A stretch of DNA of 63,991 nucleotides, filler included, from Asterionella formosa (Eukaryota): NCBI GenBank assembly GCA_002256025.1. It is 8 parts of 8 records of this genome, joined end to end, with 100 filler letters (N's around TTAATTAATTAA, not from the genome) between each part and the next. Parts side by side here need not be neighbours in the genome. Positions count along the whole stretch, not along the records: positions 32,107 to 40,030 come from NKIB01012362.1; positions 40,131 to 48,050 come from NKIB01012363.1; positions 48,151 to 56,055 come from NKIB01012364.1; 5 more parts are not named here. The stretch is one strand, 5' to 3'. The position numbers were made by a program, and so were the translations under genes. Numbering within the stretch: position 1 is the stretch's first letter; each line of letters starts with the position of its first letter. Below are positions 37,401 through 49,559 of this stretch, piece after piece. The notes under the pieces are model-generated. The model had not been told where the DNA came from and made no database searches. It saw only the letters and a list, made by a program, of their open reading frames with translations.

Positions 37401-38278
37401 CATTGGGTGCATCTTTAGCCACCGGTATACAAGAATCTTAACAACTTTGAAAAAGTTAGATCTTCATGGCTCTTTACACTGAATCAAAATTGATTACTTA
37501 TTTTTTAGTAGAGAGCATTGTCTAACATACTTTTTGTACTTGCATCAGGTTTTGATTGATAAATTCCTGAAATAGTTCAGTTGGAAGATGGAGTTAAATA
37601 ACGGTGGCTTACAGTTCTTTCACTGGTACAAGGTCTGACTGAAGATACAAACACCTGGCTGTGAGCGATATCTATGATATGTATGATGGTTGCACTGTCA
37701 GCTATTGCATGAACTATGGAAAGAGTTATGGTGTCCCTGCAGGTAACAGGGGTACCCAGTCACACCATAACAACCAATCTAGACAATATTTTGTCTCTCC
37801 AGTCCGCCCAGTTGCATCATTGTTTGATTCATCAACCACATATGTAAATGCAGCAAAAACAGATGCCACAAAACATGATGATGTCAATTATATCATCATT
37901 GTTATGCCATGGGGCATCAACACCAACATCTCCCTGTCCCAGAATATAACCCATGCATGCAACTGTAAAGTTGATGTTGGCAGAAAATATGCATTCAATG
38001 CAGAGTCCAAACATGCAGATGGCATTCGCATGTCAACCACCAAATGTCCAAGATTTCTCCTCTGGATGTCCTCCAAAAGTTGGGAGTCAACCATTGATGA
38101 ATGATTATGAATTATGATGAAGAAGTTAAAATATTTTTTGGTTTACATCAGTCTAGTTCCTGAGTACATTCCAGGTATTACCAAATCAATGCAGAATGGT
38201 ACAATTAGTGTACTAAACCCTGCTGAAATGAACTATGAACAAGGAGCAAGCTTGGGATCCCACGGAACTATTTGTTCC

Positions 38279-39232
38279 TTAAAGGAGGAACACACTCCAA
38301 CCTTCGGCTCCGTCTCTCAATGGAGTGAAGGGGGTATCCTGCCACCACTTTGGTGGAGGTGCTAGGTAGCAAGGATCATCAGATAAGTTAATTCCTTCAA
38401 ATGCTTGACTCATTCGTATGGAGGAATAGATGACATTTTTGCCCCCTTGGAAGTCGCCAGCTCCAAGTCGCTCGCTTACGTTTGGGCAAAGCAACCCATT
38501 TATAATTTTCCAGGATTCTGGTATTGATAATGGCCATGATATGGTACTATTGCTACTCGCACAGCTTAGTATTTGCTCAATACACAATTTATCACTCTCT
38601 GCATGAAAGGGTGACTTTCCCATCCACATGGCATATAAAATGCACCCCAGAGACCACAAATCCACTGCAACTGTCAACACTTGCGACCCTCGCAATAGTT
38701 CTGGACTTGAATAGTCGGTGGTTCCTAACGGAATTGCTGACTTTCCCGTAGCAACCAGAATAGCTGACCCAAAGTCCGCTAGTTTTAGTTGGCCTGTCTT
38801 TGTCAGCAAAACATTTCCAGGCTTCAAGTCTGCATGAATTACTCCTTCCGTATGAATAAATTCGATTGCTCCAATTAGTTGCAAGGCAAGGTAAGGTATG
38901 CACTGTTGGAATTGTTCTTTGGCGCCATATGTGGCAGAATTTATCCAATGCATCAAATCTCCTCCTGTACAGCACTCCATAACAAAATAAAGACATTCCG
39001 AATCATGAAAGGAAGCCAGCAGTTTCACAACATGTCGAGAATTCCATTTTTGCAGCAATGCTTGTTCGAGGCGCACTTGATCAATCAACCCTTGACGCCG
39101 GATGATGCAAATCTTTTCCATTACTTTGATGGCCACATCTCTCCCGGAAGATTTCAGGCGTCCATGAAGAACGCATCCATACGCACCCTGTCCAATCAAG
39201 AGACCTACAAAGTACTCGGATGGAGCTGACAT
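38279..39232 (-). CDS. Ser/Thr protein kinase, PDK1-like (AGC), kinase domain only
   Basis: IGQGAYGCV, VAIKVMEK, HADLKPGN, DFGSA, GTTDYSSPE and DLWSLGCILY. Confidence 0.85.
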   Translation of the reverse strand: MSAPSEYFVGLLIGQGAYGCVLHGRLKSSGRDVAIKVMEKICIIRRQGLIDQVRLEQALLQKWNSRHVVKLLASFHDSECLYFVMECCTGGDLMHWINSATYGAKEQFQQCIPYLALQLIGAIEFIHTEGVIHADLKPGNVLLTKTGQLKLADFGSAILVATGKSAIPLGTTDYSSPELLRGSQVLTVAVDLWSLGCILYAMWMGKSPFHAESDKLCIEQILSCASSNSTISWPLSIPESWKIINGLLCPNVSERLGAGDFQGGKNVIYSSIRMSQAFEGINLSDDPCYLAPPPKWWQDTPFTPLRDGAEGWSVFLL

Positions 39233-39319
39233 GCTCGTCGTTGTTGGGGTGAGTTTAATGAAGTTAGGAACTATTGATGCACGATGACATGTTGAGCGAC
39301 ACCATCAGCTCTTCTAATA

Positions 39320-39440
39320 GACTACCTGATACCATGTACCGTAGACTACGACTACCAGGTACCGTGGTACCAGGCCAAGTATAATACCAGGTACCTGGTA
39401 CCAGGTACCAGATGGGGTACTGGTACCATCAGCCATCAGG
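39320..39440. repeat. (TACCAGG)n palindromic array upstream of the kinase
   Basis: TACCAGGTACCGTGGTACCAGG and TACCAGGTACCTGGTACCAGGTACCAG. Confidence 0.85.
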
Positions 39441-40199
39441 TAATGATTGTGCGACTTGGCTGCACAGTTTGTTGCATTTTTTTTCTGTACCGCAGGATGA
39501 TAAAGCAATTCCCGCTCCAGCTATCGTCTTGCCATTCGGGTACTTTCAAGTAATTTTTAGTCTCTAAGTAATTTCTTAAGTAATTTTTATTTAAGGGCAA
39601 TATGGGGCACATCGAATTTTTCGGCAATAAAATTGCCGATTTTAGCATGACAACCAAAATAACGGTAATATGCATGGAGATGGTACAACAAGCGTAAAAC
39701 ACACGAGAATGATTGTAACATGCAACATCAATGAAAATTGAACATGATGTTTGGAGCAACCAAAGTATGAAATGCGATGTAATAAGTAGCATCAAATGAG
39801 AAATAGAAAAAATTGTTTTGGGTTAGAAATGAAATAAAAAATAAGAGTTCCAATGGAGATGTATGCATTGTGAATCATTGTAGTACTTACACACCAGGCA
39901 ACATTGACTTTCCATCACCACACAATCGAAGACCAAAATAAGAAGGGAAAAGCTGAACCCAATCTTGACCTACATCGTTATGTAGCGTAAATGGTCTGGT
40001 TTCTGCAACCATGCGCATCGCTGTAGTAGCNNNNNNNNNNNNNNNNNNNNNNNNNNNNNNNNNNNNNNNNNNNNTTAATTAATTAANNNNNNNNNNNNNN
40101 NNNNNNNNNNNNNNNNNNNNNNNNNNNNNNAATTCCCAACTAATGCCTAAATTCACCACTAGTTAATTATAAGGACTCCTCTCTCAATAAACCTCATTT

Positions 40200-42629
40200 C
40201 TATTTGCCAGCAGCTTTGTCTGCTCTTGCCTTCGCTAGCATTTCTTGATATCTAGATGTTGTACCAGATGAAGTAGTAGCAACTGGTTCTGGAATACCAG
40301 TGCTCAATTCCTTGGCCAACATTCCCTTCATTTCATGAACTTGGTCCGCCAATTTTAACGCCTGATAGCGACATGAATTAGATGCGTGCATACAAAAAGC
40401 ACACACCTTCATTTCAAACTACATACATACCTCATTTGGACTCAAGTGTTTCAACCCATATTTCTCCACACCAGACGCAGCCTGCAAAGAATTATAAACT
40501 CCCTGTAGGAATTGGGAGTTAGCATCATTTCCACTGTAAGCAGTGGTTTTCACAACTTCTGCTACTGGTTCAGGGACTACAGCAGGTACAGTCACAATGG
40601 GAATAATCATAGCAGCAGGAGGAACAGGAGTAGCCACAGGAGCTGGTTGCGACATACCTCCAATGACTTGATCACATGTCGTTACTGAAGCAACCAACGC
40701 TGCACGGAGCGTAGGAAGCATCATAGATTGCATCTCGACTGGGCTGTTCTTGAACATGAGAACGGCTCCTTCGACACACGCAAGAGTTGCCATCATTTTT
40801 GATTCATCTGACGCTAAAGGAGAAGGAGGGGCTCCCGAATCTCCGATCACAGTAGTGCAGGTGTTAACTGCGACTAACAAAGCAGCACGAAGCGTCGGTG
40901 CCATAATCGGTTGCATCTCGACAGGACTATTCTTGTACATGAGAATCGCACCTTCCACGCAAGCAAGGGTAGGACCCATTGCTTGCGAAGCGCCCATTGT
41001 ATCAACAGCAGGAACCACAGCAGTAGGAGCAATAACAACAGGAGCCACAACAGGAGGTTGCACAGAAACAGAATCTGCTTCCCCACGTAAGCAAGTAATA
41101 ACATCTTGAAGCGTCGTTTGGAATGTAGGTACCTCCTCCCCACGAAGAAGACCAGATCCGAATCCAGATCCTCCGCGATGTTTGAGAAGCAATCCTTGTA
41201 ACTTGCGAATGTCTTGGCGAGATTCCTCAACGGTGCGTGCAGCGCGGGATTCTGAAACAATTGGGGAAGGCACCACCGNNNNNNNNNNNNNNNNNNNNNN
41301 NNNNNNNNNNNNNNNNNNNNNNNNNNNNNNNNNNNNNNNNNNNNNNNNNNNNNNNNNNNNNNNNNNNNNNNNNNNNNNNNNNNNNNNNNNNNNNNNNNNN
41401 NNNNNNNNNNNNNNNNNNNNNNNNNNNNNNNNNNNNNNNNNNNNNNNNNNNNNNNNNNNNNNNNNNNNNNNNNNNNNNNNNNNNNNNNNNNNNNNNNNNN
41501 NNNNNNNNNNNNNNNNNNNNNNNNNNNNNNNNNNNNNNNNNNNNNNNNNNNNNNNNNNNNNNNNNNNNNNNNNNNNNNNNNNNNNNNNNNNNNNNNNNNN
41601 NNNNNNNNNNNNNNNNTCCTAATGGTGCTTCTTTCTTTGCATTTCGTTTCATCTTTAGCTTGTCCTTGTACTTAATACCAGCACTTGTAACATCTACAGG
41701 TTGAACATTTTGCATCGTACTTCGAATAATGGCCAATTCTTCTGCCACCGTCCCCATCAACGCCAATTCTTCTGCCGTATCTTCTCTATAAAAAAAAGCT
41801 AATTTTGAGACAAACATATAAAATACAAACAGACGGCATACCGCATAAATAGCCAGAAATGAACTTACTTTTCAAGATATGGATTCGTTGTAAGGGTACT
41901 TGCAATTTCCTTCACGGTAGCGTCTTCAAAGACAGCTTCCGCTTTGTCCAAATCTCCTTCATACCTAGCTCTAGTACGGACGGTAGAATCTCGTTTGAGT
42001 TGTGCTAAATACAAATCTCCTGTATTGGCAATCGTATCAGCATCACGATTCCGTCCAACCTTACGTCCATCAGGTGCTAACCCACCAGGTAATACCTTAG
42101 GTCTTTCTTCCGGATAATAGTCTGTATTGCTTCTTGTGGGTAATGATGATGATGATGATGGTGCAGTATTGGCCATGAATTGCCGAAACAAGGCAGCTTG
42201 TTCCTCTGTCGTTAGTTTACTCAAATCTACCCCACCGGCAACAAACGACGTAGAAGGTGAGTTTTTGGGAACAATTGGTGGACGAAACGACGAGGACGAC
42301 GGCGATGCAACATTATAGTATGGATCCACAGAAGGACGAGGATTGCTGTTTTTGGCTTTGGCCATCATGTCTGCAAAACGAGATCCTCCCATGGATCCTT
42401 CATCATCAGGTCGTTTGATATTTTTAAAATCACCTTCTTTTGTGTCGTCCGGGGAAAGAGATGATAGGAAGGAATCATTGTCCCATCCAGAACCACCAAC
42501 ACTCAATCGAACCGTTGCTCGATGAGTGACTGTTGAGACGAAGTGTGGGAGTACTGTGGCAGAAAATGCCCCGCTAATGGTTGCTACCTGAGTAGCAAAG
42601 AGTGCAGTGGAGAACACCAAAGCAATCAT
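40200..42629 (-). CDS. Probably plastid-targeted hypothetical protein, multi-exon, spanning an internal N gap
   Basis: Signal peptide MIALVFSTALFATQVATISG|AF followed by a transit-like region. Exons 42629-41869, 41785-(gap)-40431 and 40361-40200, with GT-AG junctions. Contains a duplicated module TLACVEGA.LM.KNSPVEMQ. Confidence 0.7.
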
Positions 42630-43009
42630 AGTCTTGTAGGTGGAGTATATACGCGGGATTTCACAATAACAACAACAAGATCTAAAGAATAATGTTAGTG
42701 TCAAGAAATGGAGATGGCGGGGCGGTGGATGGTGTGGGGAATCTGTTGCTTCCTGTTACAGAGCTAAACCGAAGCAAGGGCCGCGGGTGATGATGTATTT
42801 TTGTCGCTGCTGGCTTCGCTCGCCTGAAGGTGGTTTACCACGCACCACCAACAATATAATGCTTCATGCGCCTGCAGCTGTGGGTCCGCTTCCCCCATCA
42901 TGAGTATGGATGGTTGATTTTAGTTCCGTGCGTACTTATTTATTATCTGGTATGTAGGAGTATTTCCTATACCGGCGGTACGAGCGAAGCCAACAACCAA
43001 CGCCTGATC

Positions 43010-43129
43010 GGAACTGGTACCTGGTACCTAGTACCTGGTACAACTCCCTCCCATGTACAGTAGGAGTACCTGGTACTCCTACCAGTTGCGGAGTACAAGG
43101 GTTCCTACCCCACTGGTGCCAGGTACCAG
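43010..43129. repeat. (TACCAGG)n array in a divergent intergenic region
   Basis: CTGGTACCTGGTACCTAGTACCTGGTAC, GTACCTGGTAC and CCAGGTACCAG. Confidence 0.85.
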
Positions 43130-43217
43130 CAAGTTACGGTCATTTTGCTTAAACTAACATTTTAATCTGAGATAAAAACAGCTAAATCTTTGGTTTCAGC
43201 AAAATTACCGCAACTTT
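43130..43217. mobile_element. 88-bp MITE (family B), copy 2
   Basis: Colinear with 7343-7430; left flank GGTACCAG, right flank CACAGGTA. Confidence 0.8.
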
Positions 43218-43337
43218 CACAGGTAACTGTATTTCATAGTTAACATTAATTAAAAGACGGTTTGTGCTATGCGGAGTACATAATTAATAAGCACTGCCAA
43301 GGAAGGGGGACGGTTTCTACTGGTATGTACTTACTCC

Positions 43338-43402
43338 TGAAGGTCGTAATCGAGATTTTTAGCATAGTCTTTGTCTATAAAACGTGTATAACCGGACCTT
43401 CC
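43338..43402. mobile_element. Tiny MITE (family A), copy 2
   Basis: Reverse complement GGAAGGTCCGGTTATACACGTTTTAT...GCTAAAAATCTCGAT matches 493-570; no TSD visible. Confidence 0.5.
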
Positions 43403-43677
43403 CTTGTAATAGCACCACCTCGTACCCAATATGTATCATACTAATTTCTTGCAATAAAACGGTACATACCGGTAAATACCACGGTCGTCTATCATATAGC
43501 GGTATACAGGTACTGTAATCAAAATTAAGATCATAAAAAGAATGCTTCCATCAAAAAAGTCCGGTTGTCGACAATGACCACCAGGATTCTTGTAGTCCTG
43601 CTGTTTCTACCCACCTTCGTTCACCCACACGACGTCATTTCCATTCATACGTGTCACTCCTCTGCTCCTCGATACAG

Positions 43678-44964
43678 ATGAGGCGATCCAAAGTTCCGAA
43701 GGGAGAGTCCAGTGATTCTTCGCATCAACACTACGATCAGCATCCTTCCTTGCTCCCTCAGCGAAGGCGATTCAAACAATCAAAATTGGGCGTTTCTAGC
43801 TCTGACTTTATGCTTCTTGGATCAATGTTGACTCTAATTGCCTTTGGATCTATCCTGGTTGCAATATCCAAGCTAACGACGACGACGGGAACACCTGCAG
43901 CGAAGGCAGTTTCCTTGTCTCAACCAAACAACAACAATAGAGTGGACAATTCGCCATTTCAACGATATACAAAAGACGCTCCTACCTCCTGCAACGATCC
44001 CATAGATGCCAATGACGTGCAATTTACACTCGTTTCTCAACTCTCGTTCGATCGAATTTGGATGCTAGAACATCACTGCAAGCGGTGGCAACATTATATG
44101 TCAGTTGCAGTGTGGACGACAACCAATCAAACGCAATCAGATGTTATGCAGCATGCGTTACAATTGGGATGTGATTCAACGTTACTTACTTTGCAAGTGC
44201 TGTCATCACACGAATATCCAGAATATCCCGTCAATGTTTTGAGAAATATGGCCTTGTCCACAGTTCATACCTCTCATATTCTACATGTCGATGTTGACTT
44301 TTGGGAATCCACTGATTTGTACTCTTTGTTGGAATCGACTAAACAAGCACTGGCTCAAAATCACAAAATGGCTATTGTCATTCCTGCATTTCAATTGAAT
44401 CGACAATGTAGGGAGTGGAAAGAATGTCCGGAGCAGAATATACCCAAAATGCCACATTCAGTTCAAGATATATTGAAGCTCATTAGAGGCAAAAATGGCG
44501 CACCCTTTGATCCAACGAATCATGGTGGGCATGGATCGACTCTATATTCAGCGTGGATCAAACAAACTCCTGGAACTTTGTTACAAATTCCATGCATTAC
44601 ATCCAATCGTTATGAACCGTACATTGCCGTACGATATTGTAGGGAATTGCCACCCTTTCAACCAGCCTTTACTGGCTACGGAAAAAATAAAATGACCATG
44701 ATTATGCACATGAGAAAAGTGGGATATACGTTTTTCCAATTGGGAGGTGCATATGTAGTACATTATCCACATTTGGACAGTCCTTCACGAATGAATTGGA
44801 ATAATGGAGGCGCGCGAGCGGAGATTGATGCTCTCTTTGTTACCTTTCGGCAATGGTTACAACAAGAAATAACAGATAGCAGCATCACTCAAGTTCCAAA
44901 ATGTCAAGATGCCGAAGATGATGATGCCAAATTACGAATTCATCGATCGAAACCAAATATATAA
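43678..44964 (+). CDS. GT49 glycosyltransferase (LARGE/B4GAT1-like), type II membrane protein
   Basis: N-terminal TM; TLVSQLSFDR, YPVNVLRNMAL, HVDVDF (DxD), YEPY and PPFQPAFTGYGKNK. Confidence 0.88.
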   Translation: MRRSKVPKGESSDSSHQHYDQHPSLLPQRRRFKQSKLGVSSSDFMLLGSMLTLIAFGSILVAISKLTTTTGTPAAKAVSLSQPNNNNRVDNSPFQRYTKDAPTSCNDPIDANDVQFTLVSQLSFDRIWMLEHHCKRWQHYMSVAVWTTTNQTQSDVMQHALQLGCDSTLLTLQVLSSHEYPEYPVNVLRNMALSTVHTSHILHVDVDFWESTDLYSLLESTKQALAQNHKMAIVIPAFQLNRQCREWKECPEQNIPKMPHSVQDILKLIRGKNGAPFDPTNHGGHGSTLYSAWIKQTPGTLLQIPCITSNRYEPYIAVRYCRELPPFQPAFTGYGKNKMTMIMHMRKVGYTFFQLGGAYVVHYPHLDSPSRMNWNNGGARAEIDALFVTFRQWLQQEITDSSITQVPKCQDAEDDDAKLRIHRSKPNI

Positions 44965-45186
44965 ATGTCGTTAACGAAGTCGGCAACTTTTTTTATTTCA
45001 CCTCTCGTTTCACTAGTGTTCCCGTCGAATGAATATTATCACCATGATACGGTGCGAGACATGTTAAGAGTACGTCCTAGTTAGGAACATGGATCGACAA
45101 CAGAACAATGATTTCATTGACGATTTTATACTATTGGCATTTCTATCTGCTCCACTTTGGGCCATTTTTCTGTCTTTTATTACATC

Positions 45187-47265
45187 TTACTTTATTAAAT
45201 GAGGAGCCACCTTTTGAACATTCCGAATTACATATGTATTATTCGCCAAACCTTGTTCCCAACAAGAAACATAGGCTCGTTCCACATCGTCACTCGAATT
45301 GGATATTCCCGCCGCTGCTTGAAAAAAGTGAGCATAGGAATGTGATGACGGTGCTACGATACGATCCAACAACACATGTCGAGCAATATCAAAAGCAACA
45401 TTTCGTAATGTCACATCATATGTGTCCGAATAGGCACATGCCGCCAATACTTCATTCCATGTCATGATGCTGGGTTCTATACCCTGGTTTTGTATCATAG
45501 AGTTCACCAAATCCAAAGCACGTTTTGCCTTATTTTTGTCACGACTCCGAGCTATGCATTTAAGGAAACAATTGTAACAAATAAGGTTAGGTGGAGTGCT
45601 GTTGCTCTGATTTTTTGTCATTTCTTCCATAACTGATTCAGCCTTTGACAAGGAATGACGGTCCGCACTTTTTGAAAGTACATTCAAGAGGGTCGAATAG
45701 AAGATTACATCAGGTTCAATATTAGAAGCGAGCATGTCCTGAAATAATTCAAACGCTGTGTGACTCATATTCATTTTGTTGGTGGTGGCGGCGGTGGTGG
45801 TGGAAAGAGCCTTTACTATTGTTGTGTACGAAATGGCATTTGGAAAGCTGTAGGAGTGCTGTTTCATTTCTTGTAAATACTGTATGGCGATTATGGGGTC
45901 TTGATTGCAGGCAGTCAAGAAGGTATTGTACACAGCCGTTGTAGGAGGGAGATTCATGTCTTTCATTCTTGCCAAGACAGCTCTGGCCTGTACCAAACGA
46001 GCATCGTCGTCACTTTTGGACCATGCTGAAATGACAGTTGCAAAGATGACTGAATTTGGTGGGACTTTGGAAAATCCACTCACATATGCATCACAAACAC
46101 GATAGAGTAATTCTGTGGCTTTTTGTGCTTGTTTGTTCCTAGAGTACAAGTCCACCAAGCACGAATATGTAACAATATCAGGGTCCACTTCTTGTATATC
46201 AAACATCCGATCCACCAACCGTTCCACGCGTGGTACCGCATCAGGCCGACCACTTTTTGCCCAAGTCGTAATTGCAACATTGTACGATCCCGAATCGAGT
46301 AGTGGGGCGTAGTCGCGTTCCATACATTCCAACCATGCTTCGATTCGTTCGGGTGCATCATATGCTCCACTTTTGGACCATGCATTGAGGATGGTATTGT
46401 AAGTAATGCTCGTTGGATCTACATGTCGCGTTCGCATGGCATGCAACAAAGTTTCAGCGTGGAGGACTTGATCGCGAGTCCTAGCCTTGTTCATCACACT
46501 GGCATAGGTCCTACGGTTGGGTTGTACTGTCGACGATCCAGCATCGTATCGTTCCCACATTTGCTGTAGCAACATGCACGCCTCTTCGAACGTGGGCGCA
46601 GAGTGAATCACAGAGGTGTAGGTTACAACATCTGGCTGCAATAGTGGGTTACTGTCTCGTGCCGCTATGCATTGCAATCGTTCCAACAAGTTTTGTGTTT
46701 TGACAACTGCCTCGGGCAGTCCAGACCGACTCCAGGCATCCATAACCGTGGTAAAGGAAATTCGATCTGGTTGTAGTCGAGCAACATTATTAGTTTGTTC
46801 CCACAAGTCAATCTGTCGCTGCAGTAGTTGCTCGGCCTCTACTGCCCTTCCCTCTTTGGCATATGCCTTGAGAAGAATCCCAAAGCTAATCTTGTCTACA
46901 TCTGCATGGTGTTGCTGAAAGGCTTCGAGACACTCGTTCGTGTTACCAGCGGATGCCAATTTGTTCAAGGCGGTATTGAGTTGTTGGGTTTGGTTGGGCG
47001 ATGCATATGTATGTGAGTATGCGTATGCGTTTGAGTTTGAGTTGTCCTTTGAGCTGTAACGTATTGTCCGCTTCGGCACAAGCGGTGCGTCGAATGATTG
47101 TGGGTGAATCGTCCGCAGTCCCCACGATCTGATAGTCTGTAGTTGCTTGGAGTACCGGCAGTTGCATGAGGACGACAGAAGGGAGACCGAAGGTTGTGTC
47201 CAATGGAAGCAGCAGCAATACAGCAGCAGCAGTGCTTTCTTTCTACAAAAATAGTAAGGTTTCAT
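45187..47265 (-). CDS. Pentatricopeptide repeat (PPR) protein, organelle-targeted
   Basis: Repeated 35-aa motifs (PDRISFTTVMDAWSRSG, PTSITYNTILNAWSKSG, PDIVTYSCLVD); hydrophobic N-terminus. Confidence 0.9.
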   Translation of the reverse strand: MKPYYFCRKKALLLLYCCCFHWTQPSVSLLSSSCNCRYSKQLQTIRSWGLRTIHPQSFDAPLVPKRTIRYSSKDNSNSNAYAYSHTYASPNQTQQLNTALNKLASAGNTNECLEAFQQHHADVDKISFGILLKAYAKEGRAVEAEQLLQRQIDLWEQTNNVARLQPDRISFTTVMDAWSRSGLPEAVVKTQNLLERLQCIAARDSNPLLQPDVVTYTSVIHSAPTFEEACMLLQQMWERYDAGSSTVQPNRRTYASVMNKARTRDQVLHAETLLHAMRTRHVDPTSITYNTILNAWSKSGAYDAPERIEAWLECMERDYAPLLDSGSYNVAITTWAKSGRPDAVPRVERLVDRMFDIQEVDPDIVTYSCLVDLYSRNKQAQKATELLYRVCDAYVSGFSKVPPNSVIFATVISAWSKSDDDARLVQARAVLARMKDMNLPPTTAVYNTFLTACNQDPIIAIQYLQEMKQHSYSFPNAISYTTIVKALSTTTAATTNKMNMSHTAFELFQDMLASNIEPDVIFYSTLLNVLSKSADRHSLSKAESVMEEMTKNQSNSTPPNLICYNCFLKCIARSRDKNKAKRALDLVNSMIQNQGIEPSIMTWNEVLAACAYSDTYDVTLRNVAFDIARHVLLDRIVAPSSHSYAHFFQAAAGISNSSDDVERAYVSCWEQGLANNTYVIRNVQKVAPHLIK

Positions 47266-47532
47266 AATGTTGCGTTTCTGCTGAAAATATGTGCGTAAGA
47301 CAGTAATCTTCAAGAAAAAATACAATCTGTATACCGGTACATTGCTGCACCATCATGATGATGCGTCAGCGATGATGCTTTTTAATAAATATTTATATTT
47401 CTTGTTGGGAGATAGCTACTATATAACCGGTATTACACCTTGCTGCTGCTGTGCGTACCGGTAATCGGCACGAGTAGCTTGCAAATATATTTTATTATCT
47501 ATGTTTATATGTCGAAATAATTTTAGGAAAAA

Positions 47533-47589
47533 GATATTTCGTCCCCCTATATCGATATTTCGTCCCCCTATATCGATATTTCGTCCCCC
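47533..47589. repeat. 21-bp tandem repeat x2.7
   Basis: GATATTTCGTCCCCCTATATC, exact copies. Confidence 0.9.
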
Positions 47590-48221
47590 TCTTTTTGATA
47601 ACCCCTTAAACCCTACTAGCCTACATAATCTTCGTATAAACCACCAATACTTTTTTGCCACACGAATCTTAGTTGACTCCTCCATGACACTTGCAAACAT
47701 GATGGAACTGGCAGCAGAAATATTTTCCGAACGGAAATTATTTCTGCTAGTGATTTACACATGCTGCTGGTGGGTCAATCTCATCGGACCAAAGCGCTGG
47801 CAGCTGACTTGCTTCGCATCACAGGCGATGGCAAGCCACAAAGAAGTCAACAGCACAACAACCCTGCAATGACGACGTTAAAGGACAGTGCTGGAAAGTT
47901 CATTTTTACGCCCCTCCAGGTGTATACACAATTGATCAGAAGACCCCGACGACAGGATTCGTCAACGTTGGGGACAATGACGGTAGTGATATCAATTCAA
48001 TCGACATTGACATTAGATCCGGCAGCTCGTTTAACAATGAGTTTGTAGACNNNNNNNNNNNNNNNNNNNNNNNNNNNNNNNNNNNNNNNNNNNNTTAATT
48101 AATTAANNNNNNNNNNNNNNNNNNNNNNNNNNNNNNNNNNNNNNNNNNNNTATACGTATACCCGGTATTCATCGCATCCTCCTCTGCCCCCGCATAAAAT
48201 TCACTCATTGGCTGTCTGTAG

Positions 48222-49388
<1,167 letters not shown>

Positions 49389-49559
49389 ACGAATAATAAG
49401 CATTGACACATGGACTGATTTAGAGAGAAGAAAATCCTTATATGCGTATTTTCAAATGTTGTGTTTAAGTTAAAATAGCCAATCTTAGTCCACCATATGA
49501 ACGAATGTCGTCACATTCGTGGACAAAAAGGTAGCAGCAAACGCACCATAGATGGCACA

